Of a stretch of DNA of 64,000 bases, positions 62,521 through 64,000 are shown one piece after another. The stretch lies in contig CDRNST010000015.1 of NCBI GenBank assembly GCA_977016875.1, positions 1,612,001 to 1,676,000 of the forward strand. The letters run 5' to 3'. The position numbers were made by a program, and so were the translations under genes. The notes beneath the pieces were generated by a model. The model did no database searches. It had not been told where the DNA came from and saw only the letters and a program-made list of their open reading frames with translations. This DNA comes from Pavona decussata. Its lineage: Eukaryota. Numbering within the stretch: the first letter of the stretch is position 1; every line of letters begins with the position of its first letter.

Positions 62521-62780
62521 TATACATATATTTATTCATCCTTCACGGGTATATTACGAACTCACAATATGACCAGCTCCCAATTGGTTTCATAGTTCAG
62601 TTGGTAGGATACTGCACCGGCATCGCATAGGTCATGGGTTCGAATTCCGTTCAAGCCTGAATTTTTTTCAGGCTTTCTTTTTGCAACTGCTTAAGTTGCG
62701 TAGCAACTGCGAGGATCGCTCTTCTGTTTGATATTTAATCAGCAGTTCAAAATATATGTTTCATATATTTACATATATTT
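62521..62780 (+). mobile_element. tRNA-derived SINE-like repeat
   Basis: A box TAGTTCAGTTGG, B box GGTTCGAATTCC and T-run. Fragments at ~24945-25025, 38840-38940 and 58565-58670. Confidence 0.75.
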
Positions 62781-64000
62781 GTTAGTACTCAGTAGAGCTT
62801 TTTTCACACCAAAGGCCAAAACTATAGAGAACTTGTTTTTTTTCTATGAAAGTTTGGTAACTATCGTTCCTGCGCATGTCAAACTGTCGTAGATGGGCGT
62901 AGTTTGTTTCCTTTTTTTGAAAACGAAAACTGATTTGTTGTCGATAACTAATTTAAAATTTTTTGTAGTCTGTTGTTGGTAAGTTGGTTCACACACTAGA
63001 TCTTTTGTTGTCGACAACTATTTATGATCGACAGCAAAATAGTTGTCGATAACAATTTCCCTAGTCTCTGGAGGCCCTAAAAAAATAGTAGTTGGTTGAA
63101 AAGGTCTAATAAGGGAAGGCTGTATATGAAGTTTGTCACAAGTAGATTAACCCGTGCAAAAGCTAAACGTGAGTTTTTTACATGATCACCAAATATGAAA
63201 ACAATTGAAATGAAAATGACAACTCTTGAAAACTGTTTGAGGCCAACATTGGAGAGGTTCAGAACGACCAAACGGCATTTTGCCGTGAAATGTTCATTTC
63301 CTGATATCCTTATGATCATGTTTTACGGTTATGCTCGCTTATTCTTTTTTTATTTGGTTTTAATTTAAGTTCTTCAGATACGTTATGAAAATGAAACAAT
63401 CGAACCTTAATTGGGCTAAATGTCACACTTGATATGAAGTTGATAATTAAGGTGGTATTGAATACCTTGAATAATAGCCCTGACATAAATTTGCTTGTGA
63501 CATCTTGAAGAAATCACATTGAAGCAACCATAGCTACAGTTGCATCCACTTTAGAAGGAGCGCAGTTCTCTGCCTCAGATTAAGGACTGAACGTTCAAAC
63601 TAAACAGCAACGCGGCTACCCAAGCGAGCAAATCAAGGTAAGAGATTTCGAGTACATGTATAACGTATTAAAAGAAGTATACTTTGTTTTGGTGATATAC
63701 TGGCGTAAAGAATACCACTAATGTTACTTTACGTTCGATGAGATGGAGTCGTAAAATGACAAGGAGAGCGATAAAATTAAAATCAGTGAGCAAATACGTT
63801 TAAAAACCATTCAGGTCTGGACTACTTTCCCGCCGTCTGTTGTAGGGACTTGTAAAGGGATATTTCTGTATACTAGCATCTATGTAGAGGTTGATGTGGT
63901 CGTATCTTTAATTTTAGCTTAATACTAATTTAAATTTTAGAGAACGTCAAAAGACCTCAAATTTACGATTTGCTGCTGGCCTTACTAAAATCCTAGCAGC

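Noticed and set aside
62586-62660. Possible tRNA gene
   Set aside because: Stems are degenerate and it is embedded in a dispersed repeat, so it is SINE-like. The same applies to 34540-34610.

Overview
Eukaryotic, AT-rich, repeat-dense scaffold segment, most likely a stony coral or other anthozoan (inferred from the repeat families and GPCR type). The backbone is a birth-and-death array of class A (rhodopsin-like) GPCRs. It holds four intact single-coding-exon minus-strand paralogs, one frameshifted copy, one 5' stub and several flank-only remnants. It also holds two copies of a different two-exon plus-strand GPCR, produced by a ~8.7 kb tandem duplication (33143-41852 vs 41866-61852). Mobile DNA includes an intact BEL/Pao LTR retrotransposon with identical LTRs, two Sola3-type DNA transposons inserted ~180 bp apart at TTAA sites, and a Penelope-like element with a minimal hammerhead ribozyme. 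Also present are two Helentron-like non-autonomous elements, Helitron, Ngaro/DIRS, CR1/L2 and CRE fragments, a solo LTR, SINEs and MITEs. Two observations stand out. (1) A type I hammerhead retrozyme with a 22-bp terminal inverted duplication sits inside an intron of a Sola3 transposase gene. (2) The BEL insertion splits a decayed gene with a RHIM-like amyloid motif and a TPR-like domain, lying behind a canonical NF-kB site. All calls were made by eye; no searches were run.
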